Assembly (NCBI GenBank): GCA_965224085.1
Contig: CBDCYI010000011.1
Span: 288,001-352,000 of the forward strand
Direction of reading: 5' to 3'
Source of the DNA: Candidatus Marinacidobacterales bacterium
GTDB taxonomy: Bacteria > Acidobacteriota > Vicinamibacteria > Marinacidobacterales > SMYC01
Length of the DNA: 64,000 bases
The stretch's first letter is position 1. Each line of letters opens with the position of its first letter. Below the pieces are notes generated by a model that was given only the letters and a program-made list of their open reading frames with translations, was not told the origin of the DNA and ran no database searches. Shown here in pieces: positions 40,538 to 51,517 of this stretch. A program made the translations under genes and the position numbers.

Positions 40538-42247
40538 ATGACGACAGAAATGAACCGCCGACGATTCGTGGCATGTTTTTCTTCTCTCGGGCTCGGGACC
40601 AGCTTGATGCCAGGAGCTCTGGCGGCCGTCGCGGAGGATGCCGCGACCGTGACGGTCGAGATGATCGACGCGGCACAAAAGATCGCTGGCCTCAGTTTTA
40701 CGCCGGCCCAGCAACAAGCGCTTCTCGATAGGCTTAACGGAGAGCGAAGTCCCTTGAAAGGATTCGACGCGATCCGCGCTGCCAGTCTCGGAAACGACAC
40801 CGCCCCGGCGCTCGTGTTCAATCCCGTTCCGCCCGGAAAGCGGATCCCGACAGGCGAGAGCTCGATGGCGCCGAGCGACGTCAACGTCTCCACGCCGTCG
40901 ACGGACGAAGAGCTGGCCTTTTTGCCGACGACTCATCTTGCACGGCTTGTCGCGAGGCGTGACGTCAAACCGACGGAGCTCACGAAGCTCTATCTCGCGC
41001 GTTTAAAAAAATTTGACCCGGAGCTTCACTGCGTCGTGAACCTCACTGAAGACATCGCGATGAAGCAGGCGAAGCGCGCCGACGAAGAGATCGCCGCGGG
41101 CACTTATCGCGGACCGCTCCACGGCATCCCGTGGGGCGCGAAAGATCTTCTGGCCGTGCGCGGCACGAAGACGACCTGGGGCGCCACACCTTATGAGGAT
41201 CAAAGGATCGACACCGACGCGACGGTTTACACGCGGCTCACCGAAGCGGGCGCCGTGCTCGTGGCGAAGCTTTCGATGGGGGCACTTGCTTCCGGCGATC
41301 GCTGGTTTCGCGCGCGCACGCGAAACCCGTGGAACACAGAGCAAGGCTCGAGCGGCTCGTCCGCGGGACCGGGCTCCGCCACCGCCGCCGGGCTCGTGGG
41401 CTTTGCCATCGGCACCGAGACGCGCGGCTCGATCATCTCGCCTTCGACCCGCAACGGTGTGGCCGGACTGAGACCGACTTACGGTCGAGTGAGCCGCTAC
41501 GGTGCGATGGCGCTGTCGTGGTCGATGGACAAGATTGGCCCGATGTGCCGCTCCGCCGAAGACTGCGCGCTCGTCTTCGATGCGATTCGGGGACCGGATG
41601 GAAAAGACAACACGCTCTTCGACGTCCCGTTCGTCTGGGATGGCGGGCGCGACGTGCGCGAGCTTCGCATCGGCTACTTGCGATCGGCTTTCGACGAGAT
41701 CGAGGGCGACCCGGAAAACGCTGATCGCGTCGCACGGCAGCGGGCGACCCAAAGAAACAACCGCGAAGCGCTCGACGTGATCCGATCGCTGGGTGTCGAG
41801 CTCGAACCCTTCGACCTGCCCGACGTGCCTTCCGACGCCATCGGCTTCATCCTCACGACCGAATCCGCCGCTGCTTTCGACGACTTGACGCTCGAGGGCG
41901 ATATCGACAGTATGAAGGCGCCTCCCGAAGAAAGCCGGTGGCCGGAAAGCTTTCGCTCGGCGCGCTTCGTTCCCGCGGTCGAGTACATCCAAGCGAATCG
42001 TCTGCGCATGCGCATCATGGAACAAGTCGACGAGGCCCTCGGCGACTTGGACGGGTTCATCGGGAGCAACCTGGGTCTAACGAATCTGACGGGCCATCCG
42101 GAGATCAGCGTGCCGGGTGGCTTCTTCGAAGGCACGCCGACGAGCTTGCGGTTCACGGGCAAGCTATTCGGGGAAGCGGAGATTCTACTGCTGGCGCACG
42201 CGTTTCAGTCGAAGACCGATCATCATCGAAAACACCCCGTTCTTTGA
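40538..42247 (+). CDS. Amidase signature family enzyme with Tat signal
   Basis: NRRRF, GPLHGIP.GAKD, GSSAG, GTETRGSI.SP. Confidence 0.92.
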   Translation: MTTEMNRRRFVACFSSLGLGTSLMPGALAAVAEDAATVTVEMIDAAQKIAGLSFTPAQQQALLDRLNGERSPLKGFDAIRAASLGNDTAPALVFNPVPPGKRIPTGESSMAPSDVNVSTPSTDEELAFLPTTHLARLVARRDVKPTELTKLYLARLKKFDPELHCVVNLTEDIAMKQAKRADEEIAAGTYRGPLHGIPWGAKDLLAVRGTKTTWGATPYEDQRIDTDATVYTRLTEAGAVLVAKLSMGALASGDRWFRARTRNPWNTEQGSSGSSAGPGSATAAGLVGFAIGTETRGSIISPSTRNGVAGLRPTYGRVSRYGAMALSWSMDKIGPMCRSAEDCALVFDAIRGPDGKDNTLFDVPFVWDGGRDVRELRIGYLRSAFDEIEGDPENADRVARQRATQRNNREALDVIRSLGVELEPFDLPDVPSDAIGFILTTESAAAFDDLTLEGDIDSMKAPPEESRWPESFRSARFVPAVEYIQANRLRMRIMEQVDEALGDLDGFIGSNLGLTNLTGHPEISVPGGFFEGTPTSLRFTGKLFGEAEILLLAHAFQSKTDHHRKHPVL

Positions 42248-42546
42248 AAACTGGAGGTTCCCAATGAAGCCCGCCCTCCCTGCGGGAACCTACTCCGTCG
42301 TCGCTATCGAGGCCGTCTATTTTCCCCCGATCAAGCCCATGAAACTCGGCGACCGTGAGGCCGGGCTCGATGCGTTGCAGGCTGCGATCGACTGTCAACC
42401 CCCCTCGCCGTGTAGAGATACGAAAGGACAAGGAGCTCGAGCCCTCCGCTCCGAGCCCGGCTCAAGGCGGTCCTCACTGGCAAAGGAGAGCTCGGCAAGA
42501 GAAGCTAGAAGCAGGCTCTTTCAAAAGCTAAGCCGACGAAGCCAGT

Positions 42547-43401
42547 TCAAGGACGTAAGGCGCTTTCCAGTGCGACCGCGGCATCGGTTCTGGGATCGCG
42601 GTACTTGACGATGATAGGTGCATAGAGATGGAGGCCATCTCGCGAGGCGAGGCTCCCTCGCGCCGGTCGGCTCCCCGGTACTACCACCGCGCCTCGAGGT
42701 ATGCTCAAAGGCGAGTCCGCGCTTGCCCGCAGCACCGTTTCGTTCACTAGATCGTAGACGGGCGTGGACCGAGTGAGTATCGTCCCGGCTGCCAACACCG
42801 CTTCCTTCTTGACGATGGTGCCCTCGTACACCCCGCAGTTCCCTCCCACCAGTACGCGGTCTTCGATGATCACCGGCATCGCTCCCACCGGCTCGAGAAC
42901 GCCGCCAATCTGCGCACCGGCGGAAACGTGCACGCGCTTGCCGACTTGAGCACAGGAACCCACCAGCGCGTTGGAGTCGATCATCGTCTCTTCATCCACG
43001 TAGGCACCGACGTTCACATACATCGGTGGCATGCAGACGACTCCTCGGCCCACGAACGCCCCGGCCCGAATCGAAGAACCGCCTGGGACCACCCTGACCT
43101 GCTCTTCGGGCTCCAGGTCCCGAAGCGGAAACGTATGCTTGTCGAAGAACCGCATCGGAGGCTTCTTTAGAGAGAAGTCCTCGATTCGTCCAAGGCGGAA
43201 TCCCAGCAGAATCCCCTTTTTCACCCAAGTGTTGACTACCCAACCATGAGGACCTGGCTCGGCGGCACGCACCTCCCCTCGGGACAGCATCGCCCTGAAC
43301 TCGACGAAAGAACTCTCAGCGTCTGACGGAAGGTCGGCACCCTCGTGCTCGAATAGCCGTTCTATCGTCTCTTGGAGAGCAGTCTTTGCCTTCGTCGTTA
43401 C
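42547..43401 (-). CDS. dapD: Tetrahydrodipicolinate N-succinyltransferase
   Basis: W.VN.WVKKGILL.FR, DK, RVVP, VGSCAQVG..VH.S.G..IGGVLEP; start ambiguous (GTA after AGGAG). Confidence 0.92.
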   Translation of the reverse strand, partial: VTTKAKTALQETIERLFEHEGADLPSDAESSFVEFRAMLSRGEVRAAEPGPHGWVVNTWVKKGILLGFRLGRIEDFSLKKPPMRFFDKHTFPLRDLEPEEQVRVVPGGSSIRAGAFVGRGVVCMPPMYVNVGAYVDEETMIDSNALVGSCAQVGKRVHVSAGAQIGGVLEPVGAMPVIIEDRVLVGGNCGVYEGTIVKKEAVLAAGTILTRSTPVYDLVNETVLRASADSPLSIPRGAVVVPGSRPARGSLASRDGLHLYAPIIVKYRDPRTDAAVALESALRP

Positions 43402-43403
43402 GG

Positions 43404-44312
43404 TTAGCTCCTTTTGCCGGTCAACTCCTCGACCAACTCCAATTGCAGCAGGTGCTCACGTAGTCCACTGCGATTCTCTGCACTCATCGGCACGAGCGGA
43501 AGCCGATAGTGTTCACCGATGAGCCCCATCATCGCCAAGGCCGCCTTGACCGGGATGGGGTTCGTCTCGATGAAGTTAGCGTTCATCAATCCCAAGAGCC
43601 GGAAATGGATCTCCCGGGCGTCGGGCAGTCTCTCCGCCAACGCCTCCCGGACCATCCGACTCATCAGCGTAGGCACTTCGTTCGAGACCACCGAGATCAC
43701 TCCATCGCCCCCGAGGGCCAGAATTGGTAAGGTCAGATTGTCTTCCCCGGAAAAAACGCTAAAGCCGTCTGGCCGGCGCGACAGGATCTCCATCACCTGA
43801 ATGAGGTTGCCCGATGCCTCTTTCACCCCTCGAATGTTCTCGTGCTGGGCGAGGCGCATCAAGGTCGCGGGCGAAAGATTGGCGCTGGTTCGGCCCGGAA
43901 CGTTGTAGACGATCACCGGTATTTCGATCGCATCGGCCAGTTCGGAGAAATGTCGAAACAAGCCTTCTTGGGTAGGTTTGTTGTAGTAAGGAACGACGGA
44001 GAGAATCCCATCTACCCCCAGCGAAGCGACCACGCGGGCCTGAGCCACGACCTTTTCCGTGCTGTTCCCGCCTACACCGGCGATCACCCGAACCCGCGTG
44101 TCGACTCGGTCTCGTACCACTTGAATAACGCGGAGCTGCTCCTCGCCGCTCAGAGTGACGCTTTCCCCGGTCGTGCCGCAAGCAACGATTCCCTCCACCC
44201 GTCCGTCGATTTGAAGATCCACGAGCCTCTCGAGCGCCTGTTCGTCCACGGCTCCGTCGGTGCGAAAGGGGGTCACCACCGCAGTATAGGTTCCCTGCCA
44301 CGGCTCATTCAT
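43404..44312 (-). CDS. dapA: 4-hydroxy-tetrahydrodipicolinate synthase
   Basis: GTTGES, PYYNKP, YNVPGRT, KEASG, ETNPIPVK. Confidence 0.96.
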   Translation of the reverse strand: MNEPWQGTYTAVVTPFRTDGAVDEQALERLVDLQIDGRVEGIVACGTTGESVTLSGEEQLRVIQVVRDRVDTRVRVIAGVGGNSTEKVVAQARVVASLGVDGILSVVPYYNKPTQEGLFRHFSELADAIEIPVIVYNVPGRTSANLSPATLMRLAQHENIRGVKEASGNLIQVMEILSRRPDGFSVFSGEDNLTLPILALGGDGVISVVSNEVPTLMSRMVREALAERLPDAREIHFRLLGLMNANFIETNPIPVKAALAMMGLIGEHYRLPLVPMSAENRSGLREHLLQLELVEELTGKRS

Positions 44313-44315
44313 GAC

Positions 44316-45053
44316 TCACTCCAATTCCAGTAAATCGCCGAACTCGAAAACGCCCTTCTTGTCGTGGACCCACTCCGCGGCAAAAAGCGCGCCCCGCGCG
44401 AAGCCTTCTCGATTGCGGGCGGTGTGCACTATTTCCACGCTGTCGGCTGCACTATCGAACCCCAACTCGTGTCGACCCGACGCTCCACCCGCCCTTAGCG
44501 AAGAGATATGAAGCGCTTCGGGATCGATCTTCCCCTCCGGGCTTCCGATCTGCACCCGGGTCTTACGTTCAGTGTTCGCGACGACGATCTCCGCCAGCCG
44601 CAGCGCCGTTCCACTGGGCGCGTCGACCTTCTCTCGATGGTGTTGCTCGAAAACGTAAGGGTCATACGCGGAGAAAGGGTCGAAGAGGCGGGTGGCGACC
44701 TCGGCGAGCTTTAGGAAGAGATTGGCCCCGATCGAAAAATTCGCGCTGTAAACGAGCGCAGTTTGGTGCGTCTCGATCAACTGCCGTACTTCTCCAAGAC
44801 TATCGTACCACCCAGTCGTCCCCACGATCATGTGAACGCCTGCCTCTGCTACGCGGCGGATATTGTCTAGGACGGCTTCCGGCCAGCTGAAGTCGATGAC
44901 CACTTCGATCCCCGCGAGGGCATCCTTGGTGAGGCCGATCCCGTCCGGGTTGGAATACTCATCCAGTGAGAGACGAATTTCGTGGCCATCTGCGCGAGCC
45001 AGGCGCTCGACCTCGGAGCCCATGCGGCCCCGGCCGGTGAGTCCCAGGATCAA
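44316..45053 (-). CDS. dapB: 4-hydroxy-tetrahydrodipicolinate reductase
   Basis: GRGRMG, IDFS, GTTG, NFSIG, E.HH..K.DAPSGTA. Confidence 0.95.
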   Translation of the reverse strand: MILGLTGRGRMGSEVERLARADGHEIRLSLDEYSNPDGIGLTKDALAGIEVVIDFSWPEAVLDNIRRVAEAGVHMIVGTTGWYDSLGEVRQLIETHQTALVYSANFSIGANLFLKLAEVATRLFDPFSAYDPYVFEQHHREKVDAPSGTALRLAEIVVANTERKTRVQIGSPEGKIDPEALHISSLRAGGASGRHELGFDSAADSVEIVHTARNREGFARGALFAAEWVHDKKGVFEFGDLLELE

Positions 45054-45269
45054 GGCACCATCTCCTTATCCACCGCCTCGGGAAAGGATAGGAAAATTCA
45101 TACGTGTCCAGCCCCGATCCTCACGAAATTTACCCACTGGGATGGGACTGCAGTCCGATTGAGTCCTGGTGAGGGTAGCAGAGCTCGAGCAAACAAGGCA
45201 AGGCGGGAGGAGTGTCTCCCGCCGGGGGGATGGGTATGAAGTTGCCCTGCTGAAGACTACACTTTCAAG

Positions 45270-45810
45270 TACTTCAGCGTGGATCACAGTATGGCCGTCC
45301 TCTATGGGCCGAACCTGACGCCCTTCGTCCACTACGCCCTGGAGATCGCGCCCGAGAAGTTCTCACTCGAGTCAGACCCCGACGAGATGAGGCATTACAC
45401 CAGCCTGGATGTCGACCTCGAGATTCGCGACGCGGAAGGTCGTCTGATGGCCGTGGACGTCAACCAGCCGCTACTGCAGCTTAGTGCGAGCCAGTCCAGA
45501 GCGCCAAGAGCTTTCCTTTTGGCTATCGAGACAACTACCCGATTCTTCCCGGGGACTACAAGGTGAGTGTCGTTCTGAAGAATCGCGCCACCAAGGAGTA
45601 CACGGCATTCTGGCAACAGATCCACGTTCCCGCGGTGGAACCTGGAACGCCTTTTCTCGGAGAGATCGTTCTGGGCTACGGCAAGGGAATTGCGAGGACA
45701 CGTCAAGGTGGTCACTTGACGTACCAGCTGGGTGCCGAGGAAATCTATCCCGTTACCGTGGCGGCCTTTCAGTCGTCTGCGAACATGCAAGTGCTGGTTC
45801 AAGCACTCGC
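45270..45810 (+). pseudogene. Internal fragment of a large protein (GWxTD-protein C-terminal-like), frameshifted
   Basis: FVHYALEI.P, V.VVLKNRATK; no start or end. Confidence 0.4.
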
Positions 45811-46530
45811 ATGGAGCTTGACGGAACCGCTTCCGACGTTCGTGTCGTTGCGGAAACGGTCGAAGGTCCACCCGAACACGACGTAGAGCGACATGGCGAG
45901 GGCCCCGGTAGGCAGAAGGAAGGTTCCCGAAAGAGTGTCCAAAAAAACGAACGAATCCATATCGAAGATACGAAAGCCGGACCACGGACCCTGGGACAGA
46001 ATGACCACGGTCGAGAGCAGCAGGAACACACCGGCTAGAAGCCACGCGCCGGCGCGACGACTGATCGGTACGAGGTCGGTGAGGGTTGCGGTCAAGACTT
46101 CGTGATGCGCCGTCGCCGACGTCATCGCGGCGAGGATCAACAGGAAAAAGAACAGGCTGCCAAAGAAGTAGCCTCCCGGCATCTGCGCGAACAGGTTCGT
46201 CATCGTGAGAAACAGCAGGCCGGGGCCGGCATCGGGCTCGAGACCGAAGGCGAAGAGCGCCGGGAAAATCACGAGGCCCGAGATGAAAGCCACGAGAGTG
46301 TCACAGCCCACGACGATCGCAACGCTTCGGGGCACGTCGCTGTTTTTCGGGTTGAGATAGCTCCCGAAGCCGAAGGCAACCGCCATGCCGATACCGATCG
46401 AGTAGAAGGCTTGGCCGAGCGCGGCAAGTACCGCCTGGGCATGGATGGCGGAGAAGTCGGGTGTCAGATACCACGCCAGACCGCGCGAGGCGCCCGGAAG
46501 CGTCAGCGAGCGAATCGCTAGTCCGACGAG
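45799..46530 (-). pseudogene. Sodium-dependent transporter (NSS/SNF family), internal fragment
   Basis: RSLTLPGA..GL..YL.PDF, ALGQAFYS..IG, GSY, IFPA.F, GPGL.F. Confidence 0.85.
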
Positions 46531-46788
46531 CTCAGATTCATGACATCGCAGCACTGTCGGGAGGCCCGGGCTTCGCCGCCTGTTTCTCCTAGCCAACGAG
46601 ATCTCCGACTGCCACTGTCCAAAAACACCGGTGTCGGGGAGCGAAACAGCGTCTATTTCGACGATTGATTGTCAGGGTCAGGCTGAGCACTACGATACGC
46701 TTAGAGGGAACGGAGCTAGACTGTTCCCCTCTTGCGGAGTAGAAAGCGTAGATTGATTACACCCCTGTGTTCACAAGATATACATGTG

Positions 46789-46815
46789 TAAACACTAGTG
46801 TGTTTATGATATAAT
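46789..46815 (+). promoter_or_regulatory. Palindrome and -10 box upstream of the ATPase gene
   Basis: TAAACAC-TAGT-GTGTTTA followed by TATAAT. Confidence 0.5.
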
Positions 46816-46822
46816 ATCACTC

Positions 46823-48178
46823 TTGTATTTCAAGAGAGACATCGACGGCATCCTAATGGAATGGAGCGAATCCACTGGGCGCAAGCCGTTGATTCTGCGA
46901 GGTGCGCGCCAGACGGGGAAGACGGCGTCTGTTCGCGAACTGGCCAAGCGCTTCGAGCTGTTCCTCGAGCTCAATTTGGAGCGTTTCGAAGATTTGGCGT
47001 TGATCCGAGCTTCGAGCTCGGCCGAGGATTTGCTGGCAGGCCTGAAGGCCCGGTTCAATGTCGCGGCATTCCCGGAGCGCACATTGGTCTTTCTCGATGA
47101 GATTCAGGAGAGTGCGGAGGCCATTCATTGGCTGCGTTTCCTGAGGGAGGATCATCCGGAGCTTGCGGTGGTTGCCGCCGGCTCACTGATGGAGGTGCGA
47201 CTTCAGGAGCGCGGATTCGCGTTTCCCGTGGGCCGGGTGACTTTCAGAACGCTACGCCCGCTGAGCTTCATGGAGTTTCTGCGGGCTTCGGAAAACGATG
47301 TCCTCGCCAGTCAGATTCTGGAATCAGCCTCGGGTTGGCAGCCGATCCAAGCGCCTGTGCACGAGCAGGCGACCGAGCTTTTCCAAACTTATCTCCAGAT
47401 CGGCGGCATGCCCGAGGCCGTCGCGAGCTGGGTGGAATCGGGGCAGCCTGCCGCGGCTTCTCGGGTGCATGCGGATCTAATCCAGTCGCTGGCTGAAGAT
47501 CTTCAAAAGTACCGGGGCGTCCGGGATCTAACCTATCTCGAAGCTGCGTTCGAGAGCCTTCGACATCATTATGGACTGCGCTTCAAATACGAGAACTTTG
47601 CTCCGGGCTATCGTTCTCAACTCATGAAGGCTGCTCTGGGCAAGCTCGACGCCGCGCTTCTCATCACTCAGGCGTGGCCGACGAGCTCCCTCACGCCACC
47701 TCTCGTGGCTCGTGCGCGCTCGGCGCCGAAACTCCTTCCTCTGGATACGGCGTTAGCCCTCGCGACAATGGGCTTCGACTCTGAAGAGCTCCGTCGTTGG
47801 CCCGTCGACAAGATTCTCGGAGGGCGTATTGCCGAGATGTTCGTTGGACAGGAGCTTTTGGCTGGAAGAGGCCCGTCGCATGAGGAACTTTATTTCTGGG
47901 TCAGCGAGTCTTCACGGTCGAATGCCGAGATCGACTTTCTGCTGTCAGCTCCGGGCAAGCTCGTCCCTGTCGAAGCGAAGTCCTCGGCATCGGGCTCCCT
48001 CAAGTCTCTCCATCAGTTCCTCTGGCGCTCTGGCCTGGACGAGGCCGTCCGCCTCCACAGTGGACCGGTTGCTGACGAACGTCACGAGGTCAAGATGCCG
48101 GGAGGCGTCTTGCACTACCGTTTACTCTCATTGCCGTTGTATCTGGCTTCTCTTATACCAGATCTGATCTCGGCCTAG
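46823..48178 (+). CDS. AAA+ ATPase with DUF4143 / PD-(D/E)XK C-terminus
   Basis: GARQTGKT, FLDEIQ, GS, FPVGRV, GGMPE, EIDFL..PVEAKS. Confidence 0.9.
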   Translation: MYFKRDIDGILMEWSESTGRKPLILRGARQTGKTASVRELAKRFELFLELNLERFEDLALIRASSSAEDLLAGLKARFNVAAFPERTLVFLDEIQESAEAIHWLRFLREDHPELAVVAAGSLMEVRLQERGFAFPVGRVTFRTLRPLSFMEFLRASENDVLASQILESASGWQPIQAPVHEQATELFQTYLQIGGMPEAVASWVESGQPAAASRVHADLIQSLAEDLQKYRGVRDLTYLEAAFESLRHHYGLRFKYENFAPGYRSQLMKAALGKLDAALLITQAWPTSSLTPPLVARARSAPKLLPLDTALALATMGFDSEELRRWPVDKILGGRIAEMFVGQELLAGRGPSHEELYFWVSESSRSNAEIDFLLSAPGKLVPVEAKSSASGSLKSLHQFLWRSGLDEAVRLHSGPVADERHEVKMPGGVLHYRLLSLPLYLASLIPDLISA

Positions 48179-48316
48179 CGGTCCTACCCGAGTTTCCGTT
48201 GCGTTGAAAGTCGTTCGAAGAGCTACTCAACGCCCCGCGCGTCCGGTATCCTGGAGCTATCCAGTTTTCATCGTGAATCCAAATGCGGGCCGCCCGGATG
48301 GGCGGGGGAGGCTCCT

Positions 48317-48613
48317 ATGCTCATTTGGAAACCACCAGGATTTTTCATCGTTGGCGCGAATATGGCGCTCTTCCTGGTCGGCGGCGGGTTCTTCGGCGTC
48401 CATGCGCTCGAGATTCTCCCAGCGGAAGACTCGACGATGATGGCGCTCATGCGCTTGACGGGTGTCGGGATCATCTTGTCGGACATTTGGTTTCGGCGGG
48501 ATCAAGGCCTGTCGTTTCTGAGCTTGGAGGCGTCGACGTTCTTCTTCGTGATCCCCACGTGGGCCATCGGCGTGTTTTTCCTCCTCGCCTCGAAGCAGTT
48601 TCTGATCGGCTGA
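48317..48613 (+). CDS. Small hypothetical membrane protein
   Basis: GGAGG SD, three hydrophobic segments. Confidence 0.55.
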   Translation: MLIWKPPGFFIVGANMALFLVGGGFFGVHALEILPAEDSTMMALMRLTGVGIILSDIWFRRDQGLSFLSLEASTFFFVIPTWAIGVFFLLASKQFLIG

Positions 48614-48619
48614 CGCTGA

Positions 48620-49192
48620 CCGCTCGTCTTGCGAGCTTCATTCGCTGCGGAGCGCGACGGGCGGGGAGATAGCTCGACAAGAGAGCAACCGCAGCGAGCG
48701 ACAAGACGACCGCGCCGATCACTGACGTGTCATGCGGCGTGACGCCGAAGAGAAGGCTCGACAGAAATCTACCTCCGAGCAAACCACCCACCACACCCAG
48801 ACCGATACCTGACGCCGTCAGCTTCGCCCCCTGTCGTAAGACCATCGCGACGATGCGGCGATCGTCGGCGCCCATGGCAACGCGCACGGCAATCTCCCGA
48901 GTTCGCTGTGACACGTTGTAGGCCATGACGCCACCGATCCCTCTGCCGCCAGCAACATCGCGAGTAAGGCGAAGGTCGTCAAGAGCACGGTCCGGAACCG
49001 TGGCTCCGCCACGTCTGGCTCTCTTTGAGGGCGCTACCCCGGGAAGCCGCCCCGATGGCCTTCGAAACCGGAGCGTACGTGAGATGAAATGCCGGAGCGA
49101 GCCCAAAAACCAGCGGGTCAAAAGCGAAGCACCAAAGGTGAAGAGAAAGACGTCCGCGTCGAGGCCGATCTCGTCGAGCCGGGGGAGCCTTT
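48620..49192 (-). pseudogene. ADOP ABC permease fragments
   Basis: LPRLDEIG.D, PRFRT.LL..FA, VSQRTREI.VR.AMGA, YLPARRA. Confidence 0.8.
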
Positions 49193-49194
49193 CA

Positions 49195-49498
49195 TGTCGC
49201 GCCCGCTCACTCTGGACCAACTGGCTTGCGAAGCCGGTCTTCACCGCTGCCACTTCGCGCGGGAGTTGCGGCGCCACCGTGGGATGAGTGCGGGCGACTA
49301 TCGCCGCCGATTGCGGGTCGCTCTCGCTGCGAAGAAGCTCTCTCTGACTTGTCTTGCCCTTGCTGAAATCGCCCACGAGTTGGGCTTTGCCGACCAGAGC
49401 CACATGGGAGCCAGTTCAAACGCTTTGAGCCACATGGGAGCCAGTTCAAACGCTTTATCGGCATGACTCCCGCTCAATACCGGGCGCCGGTAGCGTGA
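49195..49498 (+). pseudogene. AraC-family regulator C-terminal HTH fragment
   Basis: LTLDQLA..AG....FAR, EIAHELGFADQSH, GMTP.QYR. Confidence 0.75.
49397..49456. repeat. 30-bp tandem duplication
   Basis: GAGCCACATGGGAGCCAGTTCAAACGCTTT x2. Confidence 0.9.
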
Positions 49499-49892
49499 TC
49501 GCTGCGCCTCACACAGTCATCGAGCTCCGCTTCGCACAAAGCAGTCAAGGTGCGGCTCGTTTCGCTCGAAGGGATTCTTCGTCGTGCCCGGATAATTTAG
49601 ATCGCATGAAGTCTCGGCTCGAGACGAAGTTGTCACGAGCGCGAGGAATCGCCACTCTGGTCATGTCGAAGCTTGGAGGCGTTGGCCCTTTGCTGGCTCT
49701 GGTGGCGCCTCGCCGCTTGCTAACTTCCCGCACGGCGCGCGAGCCGTGTCGATCCAACGGGCGATGCTCCGGATGGATTGACATTGAATCCGGACGGCGT
49801 CCGGAACCGCCACCGGGGAGAACGAAGAGCAGCCGCCACGACGCACGCTATTTTTTCTTGCCCTGGACAGCTGAGCGTCGCAGCATCATAGT

Positions 49893-49920
49893 GACTCATA
49901 ATGAGTCGTAATATGACTCA
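49893..49920 (+). promoter_or_regulatory. Putative antitoxin operator
   Basis: Overlapping palindromes GACTCAT-A-ATGAGTC and TGAGTC-GTAATAT-GACTCA. Confidence 0.65.
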
Positions 49921-49928
49921 TTAATTGG

Positions 49929-50197
49929 ATGGACATGAAGCAGCTTACGGTACGTGGTTTCGACGACGATCTAGCCCGGAGAATCCAGCACTTGGCGAAT
50001 CGGGAAGGGATCTCACTCAACCAGGCGGTACTGCGACTTCTTCGCAAGGGTGCTGGCCTCTCAGAAAACGGACCTCACGCCGATAGGGTGGGGTCTTCGC
50101 GCGATCACCTAATTGGAACGTGCACGGCAGAGGAGGCGGCACAACTCGAGCGCGCGCGCGGGATTTCGAGGAAATCGACGAGTCCATGTGGGAATGA
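49929..50197 (+). CDS. Ribbon-helix-helix antitoxin (frameshift in a CG run near 50155)
   Basis: MKQLTVRG.D..L...I..LA..EG.SLNQ; C-terminus FEEIDESMWE in another frame, overlapping the toxin start. Confidence 0.8.
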
Positions 50198-50592
50198 GAC
50201 TCCTCCTCGACTCCAATGCCTACTCTCAACTCAAGCGAGGACACCGTCCGGTCGCGGAGCTAGTACGCAAATCCGAGGAGGTGTTCTTCTCGGCCATCGT
50301 TGCCGGTGAATTGCTTTACGGATTCCGGCACGGCTCCCGCTTCGAGCGGAACCTGCAAGAGCTCAACGCTTTACTCGACAATCCGTATGTTACGTTCGTG
50401 CCGGTCGGCATGTCGACGAGCAACCGTTACTCACGCGTCGCAGCGCAGCTACCTCAGAAAGGACGCCCGATCCCTACGAACGACATCTGGATCTCGACGC
50501 ACACGATGGAAACCGGAGCCGATCTCGTTTCTTTCGATGAACACTTCGACAACATTGATGGACTCGCGTGGATCCATCTGTCGGCCGAATAG
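50194..50592 (+). CDS. vapC: VapC-family PIN toxin
   Basis: LLDSNAYS, GELL.GF, G.PIPTNDIWI, SFD.HF. Confidence 0.92.
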   Translation: MRLLLDSNAYSQLKRGHRPVAELVRKSEEVFFSAIVAGELLYGFRHGSRFERNLQELNALLDNPYVTFVPVGMSTSNRYSRVAAQLPQKGRPIPTNDIWISTHTMETGADLVSFDEHFDNIDGLAWIHLSAE

Positions 50593-50671
50593 CGTGGACC
50601 CGACGACGTAATCCGTCGTCGCAGCAGCGACGTCGAATTTGGTCCAGACCAAGCACCTCGCCGGCTCGATG

Positions 50672-51499
50672 CTAACCGGTCTCGACGGGGCGGCTGTCAT
50701 CGGCGCACCACTCCGACCATGACCCGGGATAAAGTCGCGCACCTCCGATGCCCGCAATCTCCATGGCGAGAAGGTTGTGGCACGCAGTCACGCCCGAGCC
50801 GCAATAGCACACGACATCCGACGTATCGCGCTCACCGATGACGGTCTCGAAGCGCCGACGTAGTGCCTCGGGTTCGAGGAAACGTCCTTCGTCGTTCACA
50901 TTCGCTGCCGAAGGCAAGTCGTGGGCGCCGGGGATGTGGCCCGCAACGGGGTCTAGTGGCTCTGTCTCGCCGCGAAACCTCTCGCCCGCGCGGGCGTCGA
51001 TCAACAGGTAGTCGTCGTGATGCGGTGCGAGCACCTCCACATCGATCCGCATTGCTTCGCGGGTTTTAGGTGTGAACCTGCGTGGCGCGCGGTCCTCGAG
51101 TCCATCTCGAAGCTCGCCGTCGTAAGAAGAAAAGCCGCCATCGAGAACGGCCACTGCGTCGTGACCGAGGTAACGCAGCATCCACCAGAGGCGCGAAGCG
51201 AATGGGCCGCCGGCGTTGTCGTAGGCGACGACTTGGACATTCTCGTCGATACCCCATTTCGAAAAGCGATCGACCATGTGCTCGAGGCTCGGCATGGGAT
51301 GGCGGCCGTTGCTGCCTGTTCGAGGGCCGGATAGGTCACGGTCGAGGTGAGCGTAAACGGCGCTGGGTAAATGGGCTTCCAAATACTCGGTTTCGCCCTT
51401 TTCAGGTTCGGGCAGGTAGAAGCGCGTGTCGACGATGGCCCAGTCGTCGTCGTCCAGCTTGGTCCGGACTTCGTCGGCCGAAATCAAAGCAGAATACAT
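50672..51499 (-). CDS. Sulfurtransferase (tandem rhodanese, SseA-like)
   Basis: GRHP.P, RLWW.L...GH, GHIPGA, YCGSGVTA, YPGSWSEW. Confidence 0.92.
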   Translation of the reverse strand: MYSALISADEVRTKLDDDDWAIVDTRFYLPEPEKGETEYLEAHLPSAVYAHLDRDLSGPRTGSNGRHPMPSLEHMVDRFSKWGIDENVQVVAYDNAGGPFASRLWWMLRYLGHDAVAVLDGGFSSYDGELRDGLEDRAPRRFTPKTREAMRIDVEVLAPHHDDYLLIDARAGERFRGETEPLDPVAGHIPGAHDLPSAANVNDEGRFLEPEALRRRFETVIGERDTSDVVCYCGSGVTACHNLLAMEIAGIGGARLYPGSWSEWCADDSRPVETG

Positions 51500-51517
51500 G
51501 GAACCCTCTTCTCGAGC

